Source: a virus. Taken from it: 64,000 bases of DNA. The stretch spans positions 21,610 to 85,609 of IMG/VR virus record IMGVR_UViG_3300033153_006968, one strand, 5' to 3'. A model generated the notes under the pieces. It saw only the letters and a program-made list of their open reading frames with translations. It searched no databases and was not told the origin of the DNA. A program made the position numbers and the translations under genes. Numbering within the stretch: the stretch's first letter is position 1; each line of letters begins with the position of its first letter. This document shows, one piece after another, positions 30,474 through 39,772 of this stretch.

Positions 30474-31184
30474 TTATCGAGCAGACATGGTTAAATTAAT
30501 ATAGATTTCCTCAAGCGCTCTTTCGCTTAACATCTTTATTTTCTCATTTCTCACAAAATAATCAAGGGGCCTTCCATACCATTTTTGACTATCTTTTTCA
30601 AGAACTTTATCTGCCCCGCGCTCATAAAAAATTGTTCTATCTACTCCTTCAGCTTTGAACCACCAATCATACTCAAACATAAGATTCATAAGCCAATCAA
30701 CTCGTGAATTAGCCGCCTTATTAGTTTGTGCCCAGCACGTTAATCTAACAATACTGTCAGTCCAATATCCAAGAGTGGCGACTTTATAACCTGGAGTATC
30801 AGGATCGTCAACCTCTTCTCTAAACATAAACCTAAGATTCTTAACTCCTCCTTCCATAGGAGAGCCTTGAGAGAATGAGCCAGGGACAGACTTGACGCAA
30901 GACACAGATATAACTTCTGTACTGAGTTTCTTGTCAGGCATTTCTTCCGTAAAGATAACCTTTTCTGCATCGGGAGTATTAGCTCTAGTCTGATAATCGT
31001 CTACTGCTCGTTTGAATAAGGCATACACGTCTCTAAGTGAATGGAGAGCAATTTTAGGAGTTCTTAGTCGCGGCTGCTGGTGAGAAGTGTCTCTATCGAA
31101 ATAACTCTGATAAAGCTGAGTAACGTGTACTCTCCGATTATCCTCTTTTAAGTCTTCATCAAGAATATCTTCTAATAATGTCAT
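30474..31184 (-). CDS. Tail completion / terminator (neck) protein
   Basis: 236 aa immediately upstream of the sheath; 'VRLTCWAQTNKAANSRVDWLMNLM' is a tail-terminator-like pattern. Confidence 0.6.
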   Translation of the reverse strand: MTLLEDILDEDLKEDNRRVHVTQLYQSYFDRDTSHQQPRLRTPKIALHSLRDVYALFKRAVDDYQTRANTPDAEKVIFTEEMPDKKLSTEVISVSCVKSVPGSFSQGSPMEGGVKNLRFMFREEVDDPDTPGYKVATLGYWTDSIVRLTCWAQTNKAANSRVDWLMNLMFEYDWWFKAEGVDRTIFYERGADKVLEKDSQKWYGRPLDYFVRNEKIKMLSERALEEIYINLTMSAR

Positions 31185-31747
31185 TATCCACCTGGCCCAT
31201 TAAGAAATTTTACATCTTCTTTATATGTAGCTATCTTGTAATATTCAAGTCTTCCATTGTCGGCACGAAAATCAAAAAGAGTATTAATTCTATACACCGC
31301 TGTTCTACGCAAAGGCTTTACTTTTTCACCAGCAGTATTTAAATTTAACTCAACTATCTTATCCGCCTCTGTAATAACTTCGGAATAATCAGCATAGAAT
31401 AAGACAACAGGAATATTCCATAGAGAAGGAGAGGCTAGTTGTTCCTTGAGGGCATTTCCTACATCGCTCTTGATAATAACTTTATATACGTCTAGAAATA
31501 TTTCGTCCCAATAATAGCCATCCCCAAAACAAAATCCACAAAAATGATCCTTATCTGGTTCTCCAGTCACATCATCTACGCAAGCACAAGCTGTGAGTCC
31601 ACCACTATCTGTCCTGCGCATTCTACGAAGAACAGCGGGTATCTTTTTAGATATCTCCGGATATGAACCTTGAAGGAAATTAGTCATCTCATCTCTGAGG
31701 CTAATCTCAGTACGGGTTATTCCTTTATAAAAATTATTATTGGGCAT
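31184..31747 (-). CDS. Head closure / neck protein with Zn-finger
   Basis: 'CACVD...HFCGFCFGDGY' CxC..CxxCxGxG motif as in neck proteins of large myoviruses; consistent position. Confidence 0.6.
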   Translation of the reverse strand: MPNNNFYKGITRTEISLRDEMTNFLQGSYPEISKKIPAVLRRMRRTDSGGLTACACVDDVTGEPDKDHFCGFCFGDGYYWDEIFLDVYKVIIKSDVGNALKEQLASPSLWNIPVVLFYADYSEVITEADKIVELNLNTAGEKVKPLRRTAVYRINTLFDFRADNGRLEYYKIATYKEDVKFLNGPGG

Positions 31748-31750
31748 TTA

Positions 31751-32734
31751 TTACCAAAAACGTTTCTTTGATTTGAAAACTCTTTCAAACCGCCGCGAAG
31801 GGGAAAGTTTATCTACATAGTTAGCGGCTGGTCTCTTATCTGAAATGCCAGATGAATCATTTGTAGGAGCCCACATTCTGTCTACAATAGGTCTATCGTA
31901 ATCATACTCTCCTTTCACAACCCCTGTAGGCTGTTGAGAATCAAGAGCATATCCACCAGAGATAATTTGAGGTTCCCACTTTTGAATACAGTCTAAGATG
32001 CGGAGAAGAGTTCTTTCTATTGCATTTGTATCATACTCAACACGGAGATTATCTAGAGTTTTAGATTTTAATCCATGGCTAGTTATATTATCAAGGAGAG
32101 TAAATGCTACTTTACAAGTTGTCCATTCCCGCCGCGCATGAGAGAAAAATGAGTCATTGCGAGTAAGCTGGAAGCTAAGTTGATCTACTTCTAGACTTGC
32201 TTCAAGAATTGCCAACTGGAGAGTAAAGTCAGATAAATCCTCAAGATAACTCCCTATTTCTAACCTTACCTTCCTTGAAGTTGTGTAGGAAGGAGAGGTT
32301 GTAGTAAGAAATTCAAAAGAATATCCATCAGTTAAATAGGTTCCATCAGTTGCCATGATTCCAGAAGAAAGAGTTACCTCTATTAAGTTGTTAACATAGA
32401 GCTGATCTCCAACTTCTTCTATATCGCCGGCGGAATAAACAGCAAAATTAAACTCTTCAGAAAGAACTTGTCCATTCAATATCCCAGACCACGAATCTGT
32501 CCACGTACCTTCGGTAGCTGTACCAGGAACTTCATAAGAGTGTTCCCAGATACCCTGCCCTACATATACCACTTCGCTAGAAGTGCTGAAAATAGCATTG
32601 GCTTCTTCAGAGGTATCGGCTCCAGGTTCGTAGATATGAAGCCAGACACCGCTAGCTATAGCAGGATCACCTAAATCGTCTTTAAATCTCGCGCGAAGAT
32701 CAATTTCTTGACCGGCGATTACGTCTCTGGACAT
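31751..32734 (-). CDS. Head-tail adaptor (neck) protein with N-terminal Ig-like domain
   Basis: N-terminal beta domain (GQGIWEHSYEVP..ATEGTWTDSW). C-terminal 'YTTSRKVRLEIGSYL...ILEAS...KSKTLDNLRVEY' is adaptor-like. Confidence 0.55.
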   Translation of the reverse strand: MSRDVIAGQEIDLRARFKDDLGDPAIASGVWLHIYEPGADTSEEANAIFSTSSEVVYVGQGIWEHSYEVPGTATEGTWTDSWSGILNGQVLSEEFNFAVYSAGDIEEVGDQLYVNNLIEVTLSSGIMATDGTYLTDGYSFEFLTTTSPSYTTSRKVRLEIGSYLEDLSDFTLQLAILEASLEVDQLSFQLTRNDSFFSHARREWTTCKVAFTLLDNITSHGLKSKTLDNLRVEYDTNAIERTLLRILDCIQKWEPQIISGGYALDSQQPTGVVKGEYDYDRPIVDRMWAPTNDSSGISDKRPAANYVDKLSPSRRFERVFKSKKRFW

Positions 32735-32792
32735 GGATAGACCTCTATAAAATTATAACCCGGATATTAAGAATTGCTATTATCGATTTTCG

Positions 32793-35700
32793 TTAACCGC
32801 CAACCATAGAACAGGTTAAACGAACATTGTCAACGGTGAAATCTGGGGTACCTACATCTATTGTTCTCATTGCAACCTGGATTGTTTGTCCTGCCGCTAA
32901 TGCCATAATGCCCGTTCCTGTACTTGCCTGTTCTTGATTTACAAACTTAGAAGTAGTATGGCAGTGAGGAGAATCGGCCGCAGGTGCTGCTCCGTCAATT
33001 TCTATTCCGAATTCAATATGGTCATTCGCTGCATCAACTTCGTACGAGATATCAAATGTTACCAAATATTTCCCGGCATAAGTTACAGTTAATAAACCAT
33101 TACCATCATGCGTTACAAGGTTTAGGGAACCACTTATCATATCGGCGTCAACAACGTTATACCAAGTGTTTTGAACTGCAGACGCTTGTGTCCAACCAAT
33201 ATGATCTCCGTAACAGTAACCATATGGAACGCCTGCGCCTGCACCAGTATAAAGTACATCGCCAGCGTGTGTGGCACCAGCTGAATACATATCTCCAGAA
33301 GCAACAATGTCTTCCGCGTGAAAATCAGTTAGAGCACTATCGTCAGCAAGTTTGCAATAAAGATCTTCGTTGCCTCCAGCAAGTGCAGAATAATAAGCAG
33401 TATCTCCTCCAAATCGGAGCAAACTTTCATCATATACTACAACGTTCCCACCACTATCGACGTTGAAAATATCTTCGCCATCGCTCTTTTCAATGGCGAA
33501 CAAATCTGCATTTTGAGAGCTGTTGCCGGTAATAGTTAGCTGAACTTCGTCTGCCGAACCAGTAATGGCAACTTTTCTATCGGCATAAAGCATGCCGTCA
33601 ACTTCAAGAGCATTTCCGCAAATAACATTGCCTGCAGCTAAGCTATGAGAAGTTGTGGCGGCATCCCCGAGATTCAACGCAAAGGAAAAATTCGTTAAAC
33701 GGATTCCGCCAAGACTCATATATCCGAAACCCCAATAATCGCTCACAAAAGCAACTCGTGCCCCACCAAAAGCAAGCTCAAGTTTATATTGGCCCTGAGA
33801 ACGGATAAAGGAACCCGTATATAGATCTCCTCTAAACTGTGCATAACCGCCATCTTGAACGGCTAATCCATCATGTGCAAGTAGCTTCCCAGTCATTGCT
33901 CTAGTACCGTCTATTAGTAGATACTGAGAATGATCATCGTCTGCTAAACCGTCAAGCTCGCCATGGTCAGAGGATCCTTCTCCAGCACTATCTAAATCTA
34001 CCCAATCGGCTCCAGTGTAACCTTGAAAATTAGAACCGTCCCACTGAATAGTCCCGGCAGTTTCATTCCCTGTTCCGACCTGTATGCCGCCAGTAGAATA
34101 CATATCTCCAGAAGCAACAAGATCTTCTGCGTGGAAATCAGTTAGAGCACCACTATCAGCAAGTTTGCAATATAAATCCTCGTTGCCTCCAGTAAGTGCA
34201 GGATAATAAGCAGTATCTCCTCCAAATCGAAGCAAGCTTTCATCATTTAATAAGAGATTTCCTCCAAAATAAGCATCTCCGCCCGCAAGATAAAAAGCCC
34301 AAGAATCGTCTATAGTCATCTTAACCCCTGAAGCAGGGGCTGCATCTACATAAAAAGAAGAAGCGGTAGTAACGGTTGTAGGACTTGTTCCATCTAGAGT
34401 AAGGGTTCCAACTCTAAATCCTGACTCAATAGGCCTGACAGGTCCTCCAATTGATAAGCTTTGATCGGGAATTGTAAATACATATCCAACACTAGAGTTT
34501 AAATGGGGTCTCCAAGCTTCCAAACCTCCATAATGCGGAAGTCTCAAATTTAAATAATTATGGTTGTAGAAGTCTATGTCGTTTACATTTTGGACAAAAC
34601 CATTAGATTTAAACTTAATAGCTCCAGTAGCACTATTGTCTTGGAATAATAGATTAACTCCCTTTCCTGAATTAGTGCCCGTATTTCTAAAAAATTTCAC
34701 ATCAAAATCTTCACCACTTTTCTTCTTCGTAAATGTAGTATCACCATCACTATCAATATTGAGAACATCCTCGCTGTCACTCTTCTCGATTACAAATAGA
34801 TCTGCGCTCTGAGAACTATTCCCGGTTATGGTTAGCTGAACCTCGTCAGCAGAACCAACAACGCCGACTCCACCAGTAAATGCGCGAGTACCATCCACTA
34901 GAGAATATTGGAGATGATCGTCTCCTCCTAAACCAGTTAGATCTCCATGATCTGCAGTACTTAAAGCTACTCTCGAAACAGCTTCATTACGCCAATCTAC
35001 ATAATCGTCGCCTTCTTCCGTGGATACTATCCTTGCATTTACTGCCGAATCATAAGATACGTTAGTCTGGAATATGACAGTTGCTATTGGTCTAATTTCT
35101 GGAAAAAGCAAATCACCAAGAACAAGGGACTGTATCTCTGTTTTTGCGCCTGTCCTAGCCGCTAATTTAGTCAGATAGTCAACTTGTCCCATGATAGCAA
35201 TCATAGGTTTATCTTTTTCTGTAGTTGCGAATACATGATAAAGAACATACCGAGTACTGGCAACTTCTGTCAATTGCCATGCTCCACCAGTATATTCGTT
35301 CCAAGCTAATCTTGTTGCTGAAGTTCCATCGTATGTTCTAACGCTAAACCCTGTTTCTGTATGTCTCTGCCATTCAGCGCTTGCGCCCAGCATATAATAT
35401 ATGGGCAACCCAGTTGTCGAACTTACAGCGGCGATAGATGAGTATATATCTTCATCCGAAACAGAACCAGTATCAACTCCGAATTGAGCATCTGCTGTAA
35501 CTCCTGTACCATCTACGTTAACGGTATTTAATCCGAGACCAAATAAATATGCTAACCCTTGAACGAAATGAAGATAATTGTGAGTATTAGGAGACATACT
35601 ATTCCCATGCCTCTCTTCGCCAACATAAATAGCTGTAGATGTAGATGTATCCCAATATAAGATACAGACAAGACATTTAGTTCTAATTACGGTGCTATAA

Positions 35701-36677
35701 TCACTTGTTGTGGGATTAGCTAACGCAGTTAGAGTACTCCCGTCATAGTAAATTACATGAATGCCTTCTACGTCTGTTATCTGTACTGTATCTCCAGTTG
35801 TTGTATATTTAACGCCCGACATAAAATATTCGAATGAAGTAGATGTTGGCTGTATAGACAAAGTCCTGTCTGGGCTGCTGTCTGTCCAGGTAAGTGTACT
35901 AGTTGTTCTAGTCACAAATCCATTCTGACCCCAGTCATCACGGAGAGTATACTGTGTATGATCGTCGTCTGATAGACCGGTCAAACAACCATGATCGGGA
36001 GCAATCAATATCCTGCATAGAATAACGCCATTCTCTTGATGAGAATATAAAACAATACCTAGAAAGATATGAGCATTAGGAAGACCCGGAGCAACATTTG
36101 TAAGCCCTCCATCAACGGTCGACAAATAAAGACAATCTCCTTCAGAATAAGAGTCGGTGTCCAAATCTCTAATTAATCCAAAAGTTGTAACATATCCAGT
36201 TGCATTATCTGCAATATCTGAAGTTACAATGCCGATTGTAGATTCGCAAACTCCGACATTAGACGCATTAGCTTTAGCTATAGTAGGCCTATTCCCTTGA
36301 GCGCCATCAACATACACTACACTCCCATTTGGAATAGTGCCTCCAGTTTTGTTCGTGGCTCTTAAAACCTGTTCTTGTCCAACCTGGATTACAGTTTCGG
36401 ATACTTCGGTACCTATATTTAATGTCTTGTCGTCGTCATTCCAACACAGAGAGCCTTCTGAATGGGTATGGGAAAAAGATGTATTGAATTGGATAGAGCC
36501 TACATTACTGAAGCTTCCATTGTCGTCAACAAGGATAGGAGAACTTTGGATTATGTCTCCATTAGTTCCGTTGAAGCGGACTAATGCATTATCGGCTGAA
36601 CTAGATGGACCAAAAACAACTTGAAAGGCCCCTAATTTTATATGTTCTATTTTGTGTTGTTCGAGTTTGGAAGGCAT
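32793..36677 (-). CDS. Long modular fibre protein (head/neck fibre) with DDDHxQY knots and C-terminal C1q/TNF-like jelly-roll
   Basis: 1294 aa; three DHGxLxGLxxDDHxQY motifs; two internally duplicated segments; C-terminal 'GLLTVTYAGKYLVTFDIS...LAAGQTIQVAM'. Confidence 0.7.
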   Translation of the reverse strand: MPSKLEQHKIEHIKLGAFQVVFGPSSSADNALVRFNGTNGDIIQSSPILVDDNGSFSNVGSIQFNTSFSHTHSEGSLCWNDDDKTLNIGTEVSETVIQVGQEQVLRATNKTGGTIPNGSVVYVDGAQGNRPTIAKANASNVGVCESTIGIVTSDIADNATGYVTTFGLIRDLDTDSYSEGDCLYLSTVDGGLTNVAPGLPNAHIFLGIVLYSHQENGVILCRILIAPDHGCLTGLSDDDHTQYTLRDDWGQNGFVTRTTSTLTWTDSSPDRTLSIQPTSTSFEYFMSGVKYTTTGDTVQITDVEGIHVIYYDGSTLTALANPTTSDYSTVIRTKCLVCILYWDTSTSTAIYVGEERHGNSMSPNTHNYLHFVQGLAYLFGLGLNTVNVDGTGVTADAQFGVDTGSVSDEDIYSSIAAVSSTTGLPIYYMLGASAEWQRHTETGFSVRTYDGTSATRLAWNEYTGGAWQLTEVASTRYVLYHVFATTEKDKPMIAIMGQVDYLTKLAARTGAKTEIQSLVLGDLLFPEIRPIATVIFQTNVSYDSAVNARIVSTEEGDDYVDWRNEAVSRVALSTADHGDLTGLGGDDHLQYSLVDGTRAFTGGVGVVGSADEVQLTITGNSSQSADLFVIEKSDSEDVLNIDSDGDTTFTKKKSGEDFDVKFFRNTGTNSGKGVNLLFQDNSATGAIKFKSNGFVQNVNDIDFYNHNYLNLRLPHYGGLEAWRPHLNSSVGYVFTIPDQSLSIGGPVRPIESGFRVGTLTLDGTSPTTVTTASSFYVDAAPASGVKMTIDDSWAFYLAGGDAYFGGNLLLNDESLLRFGGDTAYYPALTGGNEDLYCKLADSGALTDFHAEDLVASGDMYSTGGIQVGTGNETAGTIQWDGSNFQGYTGADWVDLDSAGEGSSDHGELDGLADDDHSQYLLIDGTRAMTGKLLAHDGLAVQDGGYAQFRGDLYTGSFIRSQGQYKLELAFGGARVAFVSDYWGFGYMSLGGIRLTNFSFALNLGDAATTSHSLAAGNVICGNALEVDGMLYADRKVAITGSADEVQLTITGNSSQNADLFAIEKSDGEDIFNVDSGGNVVVYDESLLRFGGDTAYYSALAGGNEDLYCKLADDSALTDFHAEDIVASGDMYSAGATHAGDVLYTGAGAGVPYGYCYGDHIGWTQASAVQNTWYNVVDADMISGSLNLVTHDGNGLLTVTYAGKYLVTFDISYEVDAANDHIEFGIEIDGAAPAADSPHCHTTSKFVNQEQASTGTGIMALAAGQTIQVAMRTIDVGTPDFTVDNVRLTCSMVGG
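33282..34856. repeat. Two pairs of diverged direct repeats inside the fibre gene (A: 33471-33560 / 34767-34856; B: 33282-33431 / 34095-34244)
   Basis: A encodes GSADEVQLTITGNSSQ(S/N)ADLF(V/A)IEKSD(S/G)ED; B encodes DESLLRFGGDTAYY..L.GGNEDLYCKLAD..ALTDFHAED.VASGDMYS. Visible at the DNA level. Confidence 0.9.
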
Positions 36678-37420
36678 TAGATAGAGAGAATAATCTTTTT
36701 ACCTTGAACTTCTATCACCTTAGCAATGTCTTCATTTACGGTTATACCAGCAGAAGGATGATCTGTAGCGACATATCCTTTGATGTTGATAGAATCGTTC
36801 GTTGCGGTAATTGAAGAGATCTCTTTGTTGAATTCAATCTCGATAGTAGATAAATCTAATTCCTGTTCTACTGCGTCATTCACAGGAGACGTACTCTCTA
36901 CTTCAAGTGGAGTTTGAACAGAAAGAACAGAGGTCTGATAAGTCAGAGGAACGAGAACAGAAGTAGAAGCTGTAGCTGGTAGAGCTTCAATAGAGCCAGA
37001 ACCAGAAGTCCAGCTAAAGGTAATATGTCCTGTATAACTATTGGCAGCAGGATCTTGTGCTTCAGGTAAATGAGCTGTATACTCCGTAAGCGCAGCCATT
37101 GGGTGAGTCGGAGTAAATGTCATTTTTGTTCGACTGCCAGAAAGAGTTTCATACGAAAATAAGCCAGAAACTATGCCCTGATAACCAGGGGATGCAAGGA
37201 GATCGTCACCTTGAGATACGTTGTCTGGATAGAGGTTCCATTCTGCTACGCCTGGACCTATAAATTGATCTGTGTCTGGACCAGAAATAAAGAATTCCCT
37301 AGAAAGAGAATCTTCGTCCATTAACCTGTCAAAAGTTATTGTGACCGTTGATGAAAGCGGAATGCTCGCAGAGCCTGCTGCTGGACTATAGTCTTGAATT
37401 ATCGATTTTAAGTCTGCCAT
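36677..37420 (-). CDS. Ig-like (Big_5/SbsA-type) virion protein, two domains
   Basis: 'YSPAAGSASIPLSSTVTITFDRLMD...MTFTPTHPMAALTEYT' and 'VESTSPVNDAVE...IEIEFNKEI'. Confidence 0.7.
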   Translation of the reverse strand: MADLKSIIQDYSPAAGSASIPLSSTVTITFDRLMDEDSLSREFFISGPDTDQFIGPGVAEWNLYPDNVSQGDDLLASPGYQGIVSGLFSYETLSGSRTKMTFTPTHPMAALTEYTAHLPEAQDPAANSYTGHITFSWTSGSGSIEALPATASTSVLVPLTYQTSVLSVQTPLEVESTSPVNDAVEQELDLSTIEIEFNKEISSITATNDSINIKGYVATDHPSAGITVNEDIAKVIEVQGKKIILSI

Positions 37421-38067
37421 TAGCTGCTATCGGGTTCTTCTCCCATATGGATAATTATCTCATGTTCTTCACTTTCTTCTATGTCTGTAATATTGTCTAA
37501 ATACGCCTTCTCTACGCCTTTATAGAGCTGATGTTTCAGATAATTACCGTTAGGATTCCCGACCACTGTATTTATATTCTTCGCAACGCTTTCTTCTTGT
37601 CTTTTTATGAGTTTGTTTTTAAATTCTTTTACCAAATTAAGAATAGTCTTCCTATTTTTTTCGTTCTGTTCAAGATTGTATACCATGTTAAGACTTTCTA
37701 GATTAAGCTGAGGTAAACTCTTTTTCACTGTTGCAACATTATTAGAAAGTAATCCCTTTATTTTCTTAGCCTTCTCAACTAATTCGACTGCTTGTTTGTC
37801 TCCTTTCAAAACTGAAGGAATATCAACTGAAGAATCCTTTTCAAGAACAATTGTCTTTTTAGGGAAAAGGACATTTTCTAATTCTTCGATATTCTCTACA
37901 TTTAGAATACCGTTAGCTATATTAAGCCAAAGAGTTTCTAGATGTGTTCTCGTAAGATTAGAAAGGTCAACATTGAGCCACTCGTTATTCTCAAACGAAA
38001 GATGGAGACTCGTCTCCTGAAGAGCCCACATAGGGTTACGATTAGTGTCCTTAATTTTAATCTGCAT
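37420..38067 (-). CDS. Hypothetical protein (helical, 'EQNEKNRKTIL' motif)
   Basis: 215-aa ORF with GAGGAG RBS; 1-nt overlap with the next gene. Confidence 0.55.
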   Translation of the reverse strand: MQIKIKDTNRNPMWALQETSLHLSFENNEWLNVDLSNLTRTHLETLWLNIANGILNVENIEELENVLFPKKTIVLEKDSSVDIPSVLKGDKQAVELVEKAKKIKGLLSNNVATVKKSLPQLNLESLNMVYNLEQNEKNRKTILNLVKEFKNKLIKRQEESVAKNINTVVGNPNGNYLKHQLYKGVEKAYLDNITDIEESEEHEIIIHMGEEPDSS

Positions 38068-38098
38068 TTATTCTCCTCTTACAAAGAGTATATAAGAA

Positions 38099-39559
38099 TT
38101 AACTCTTCAATCCAAGGAATTTCCCAACTGTTAGCAATTTTTTCTTCATAAATGCGCCGAAAGATCCAGGCGACAAGTGAGCGTCAATTTGTTCATCCCA
38201 TACTGCGTCTGCAATCTGAGATACTCCCTGTATTAGATTGTCAGAGTTTACTGTTGCTCCAGGGCCACTATTGTCTGTAAGCTTTGCTATTCCTCTAACT
38301 ATGATAGTTCCAGAAGTAACAGTAGAATCTATTATAAGATGTCCAGAAGACATATCGATCGAGATAAAGTCACCAGGACCAGAATAGTTAATAATTTTCA
38401 AAGATCCACTAAAATCTCTGACAACCAAGTCTTGGCCAGATCCGCCAAGATCTATTATCGGAGCTAGTAATTCATTCTGAGCCAGACTAGAAAAGCATTG
38501 CATCAACATTGCTTGTACGCCGCCACCAAGAACTATAGTGCCGTGTATCGCTGTTTGCCACACATAGCCACTATAATATGACAAACTCATAATTTGACTC
38601 TGTCTAATTACGGCATTAGAGTCAAGAGTTCCAGTTAGGGTACAGTTCCTGAATTCGCAACGATCTACGATAGCAGAATTCGCCACAGTTATAGTGACAG
38701 AGGCAGGAGAGGTAGCGTCAAAAACAAACCCGTCGCTAAAATCGCCTACATCTACTGTCATAGACTCCATAATACAAAACATACCGAGTCCACGTTCTTC
38801 TGCTATAGATTTAGCGTCAATCATATTATCGCAAGGCGATACTTTTGTGCCAATTGGGAAAGCTGTTCCAGAAGAACCTGTAGAAGGTTTAATGGATACA
38901 CAGCCATCAAAAGACGAATGTTCCAACTGTGTAACGTTTTGCAGAGTAGCTGAAGACGAAGAGGTTCTAACTATCTGAGTAAAAACAGTAGGAAAAATAG
39001 CGTCGGCTGAACCCCCTTGAGTGTCAACTCCAGTCAAGTTACCTCCAGCAATCTCACATTGAACTGTAGCGAATATGGAATAATCGTCCCCTATTCCCCA
39101 ATCATTATTTACTCCATTCTCTAGATCGGTATGAGTAACATAGTTTTCTCCCGAAGGGGCAGACACTACAGTAGCGAACGAATGATCGTCCCAATTAATT
39201 ACAGAGTCTCCTCTGTTAACTCCACTGGCTGTAAAATCTACTCCCGCCGCGCCAGTAAGGGTTGTTCCGTAGATATCATCTGCGTCTGCTAAACCGTCAG
39301 CTATATGAGTAGTACGAGCTTCAAAAGAAACCTGAGCATCTTGAAGAGAGGCAGTGATTCCAACTGTGACTCCTCCGCCTAAGTCTTCTTTTCCTGCAGC
39401 GTTAACTAAATGAGGGTTGTCGATGTTGATGAGTTCGTCTTCGTTGTCTCGGCAAGTGTCAACTAGATCTTGTATAGAAAATTCAGTAGATGGAGCATCT
39501 ACCTCGATGATTCGTGGACTTGTTGTCCAGTCTATTGTAACATCATTACGAATAGCCAT
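38099..39559 (-). CDS. Virion structural / fibre-like protein with beta-helix region
   Basis: 486 aa; N-terminus resembles that of 39773-42211; 'GTAFPIGTKVSPCDNM.DA' precedes beta-solenoid-like repeats; C-terminal 'IADAVWDEQIDAH..PGSFG'. Confidence 0.6.
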   Translation of the reverse strand: MAIRNDVTIDWTTSPRIIEVDAPSTEFSIQDLVDTCRDNEDELINIDNPHLVNAAGKEDLGGGVTVGITASLQDAQVSFEARTTHIADGLADADDIYGTTLTGAAGVDFTASGVNRGDSVINWDDHSFATVVSAPSGENYVTHTDLENGVNNDWGIGDDYSIFATVQCEIAGGNLTGVDTQGGSADAIFPTVFTQIVRTSSSSATLQNVTQLEHSSFDGCVSIKPSTGSSGTAFPIGTKVSPCDNMIDAKSIAEERGLGMFCIMESMTVDVGDFSDGFVFDATSPASVTITVANSAIVDRCEFRNCTLTGTLDSNAVIRQSQIMSLSYYSGYVWQTAIHGTIVLGGGVQAMLMQCFSSLAQNELLAPIIDLGGSGQDLVVRDFSGSLKIINYSGPGDFISIDMSSGHLIIDSTVTSGTIIVRGIAKLTDNSGPGATVNSDNLIQGVSQIADAVWDEQIDAHLSPGSFGAFMKKKLLTVGKFLGLKS

Positions 39560-39567
39560 ATATAATG

Positions 39568-39596
39568 ATTTTACAACATTAATCTAAATAGTACAA
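39568..39596 (-). promoter_or_regulatory. Sigma70-like promoter, probably giving a leaderless transcript
   Basis: Minus strand TTGTAC-17 nt-TAAAAT, then 8 nt to ATG at 39559, with no Shine-Dalgarno. Confidence 0.55.
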
Positions 39597-39603
39597 ATAC
39601 TAA

Positions 39604-39765
39604 CTATTCTTTTTGTTGAAGTTCGGCTTCTGCTAGAAACATCTGAAGCTGAGCTTTCTCCTTTATTTTCTTCTCGATTTCAGTCTGGAAAAGAATAATC
39701 TCCTTATCACACCTCTCTATATCTGCTCTCAGAGCACTTGGATCATATTGTATTTTTCTCACCAT
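39604..39765 (-). CDS. Small coiled-coil protein, 53 aa (missing from ORF track)
   Basis: MVRKIQYDPSALRADIERCDKEIILFQTEIEKKIKEKAQLQMFLAEAELQQKE*; fills the gap, with GGAG just upstream. Confidence 0.65.
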   Translation of the reverse strand: MVRKIQYDPSALRADIERCDKEIILFQTEIEKKIKEKAQLQMFLAEAELQQKE

Positions 39766-39772
39766 GTCTCCA

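Noticed and set aside
33282-34244. 150-nt repeat pair as a diversity-generating retroelement TR/VR
   Set aside because: Both copies are in-frame within one gene, the differences are not confined to adenines and are largely synonymous, and no reverse transcriptase is present in the window.
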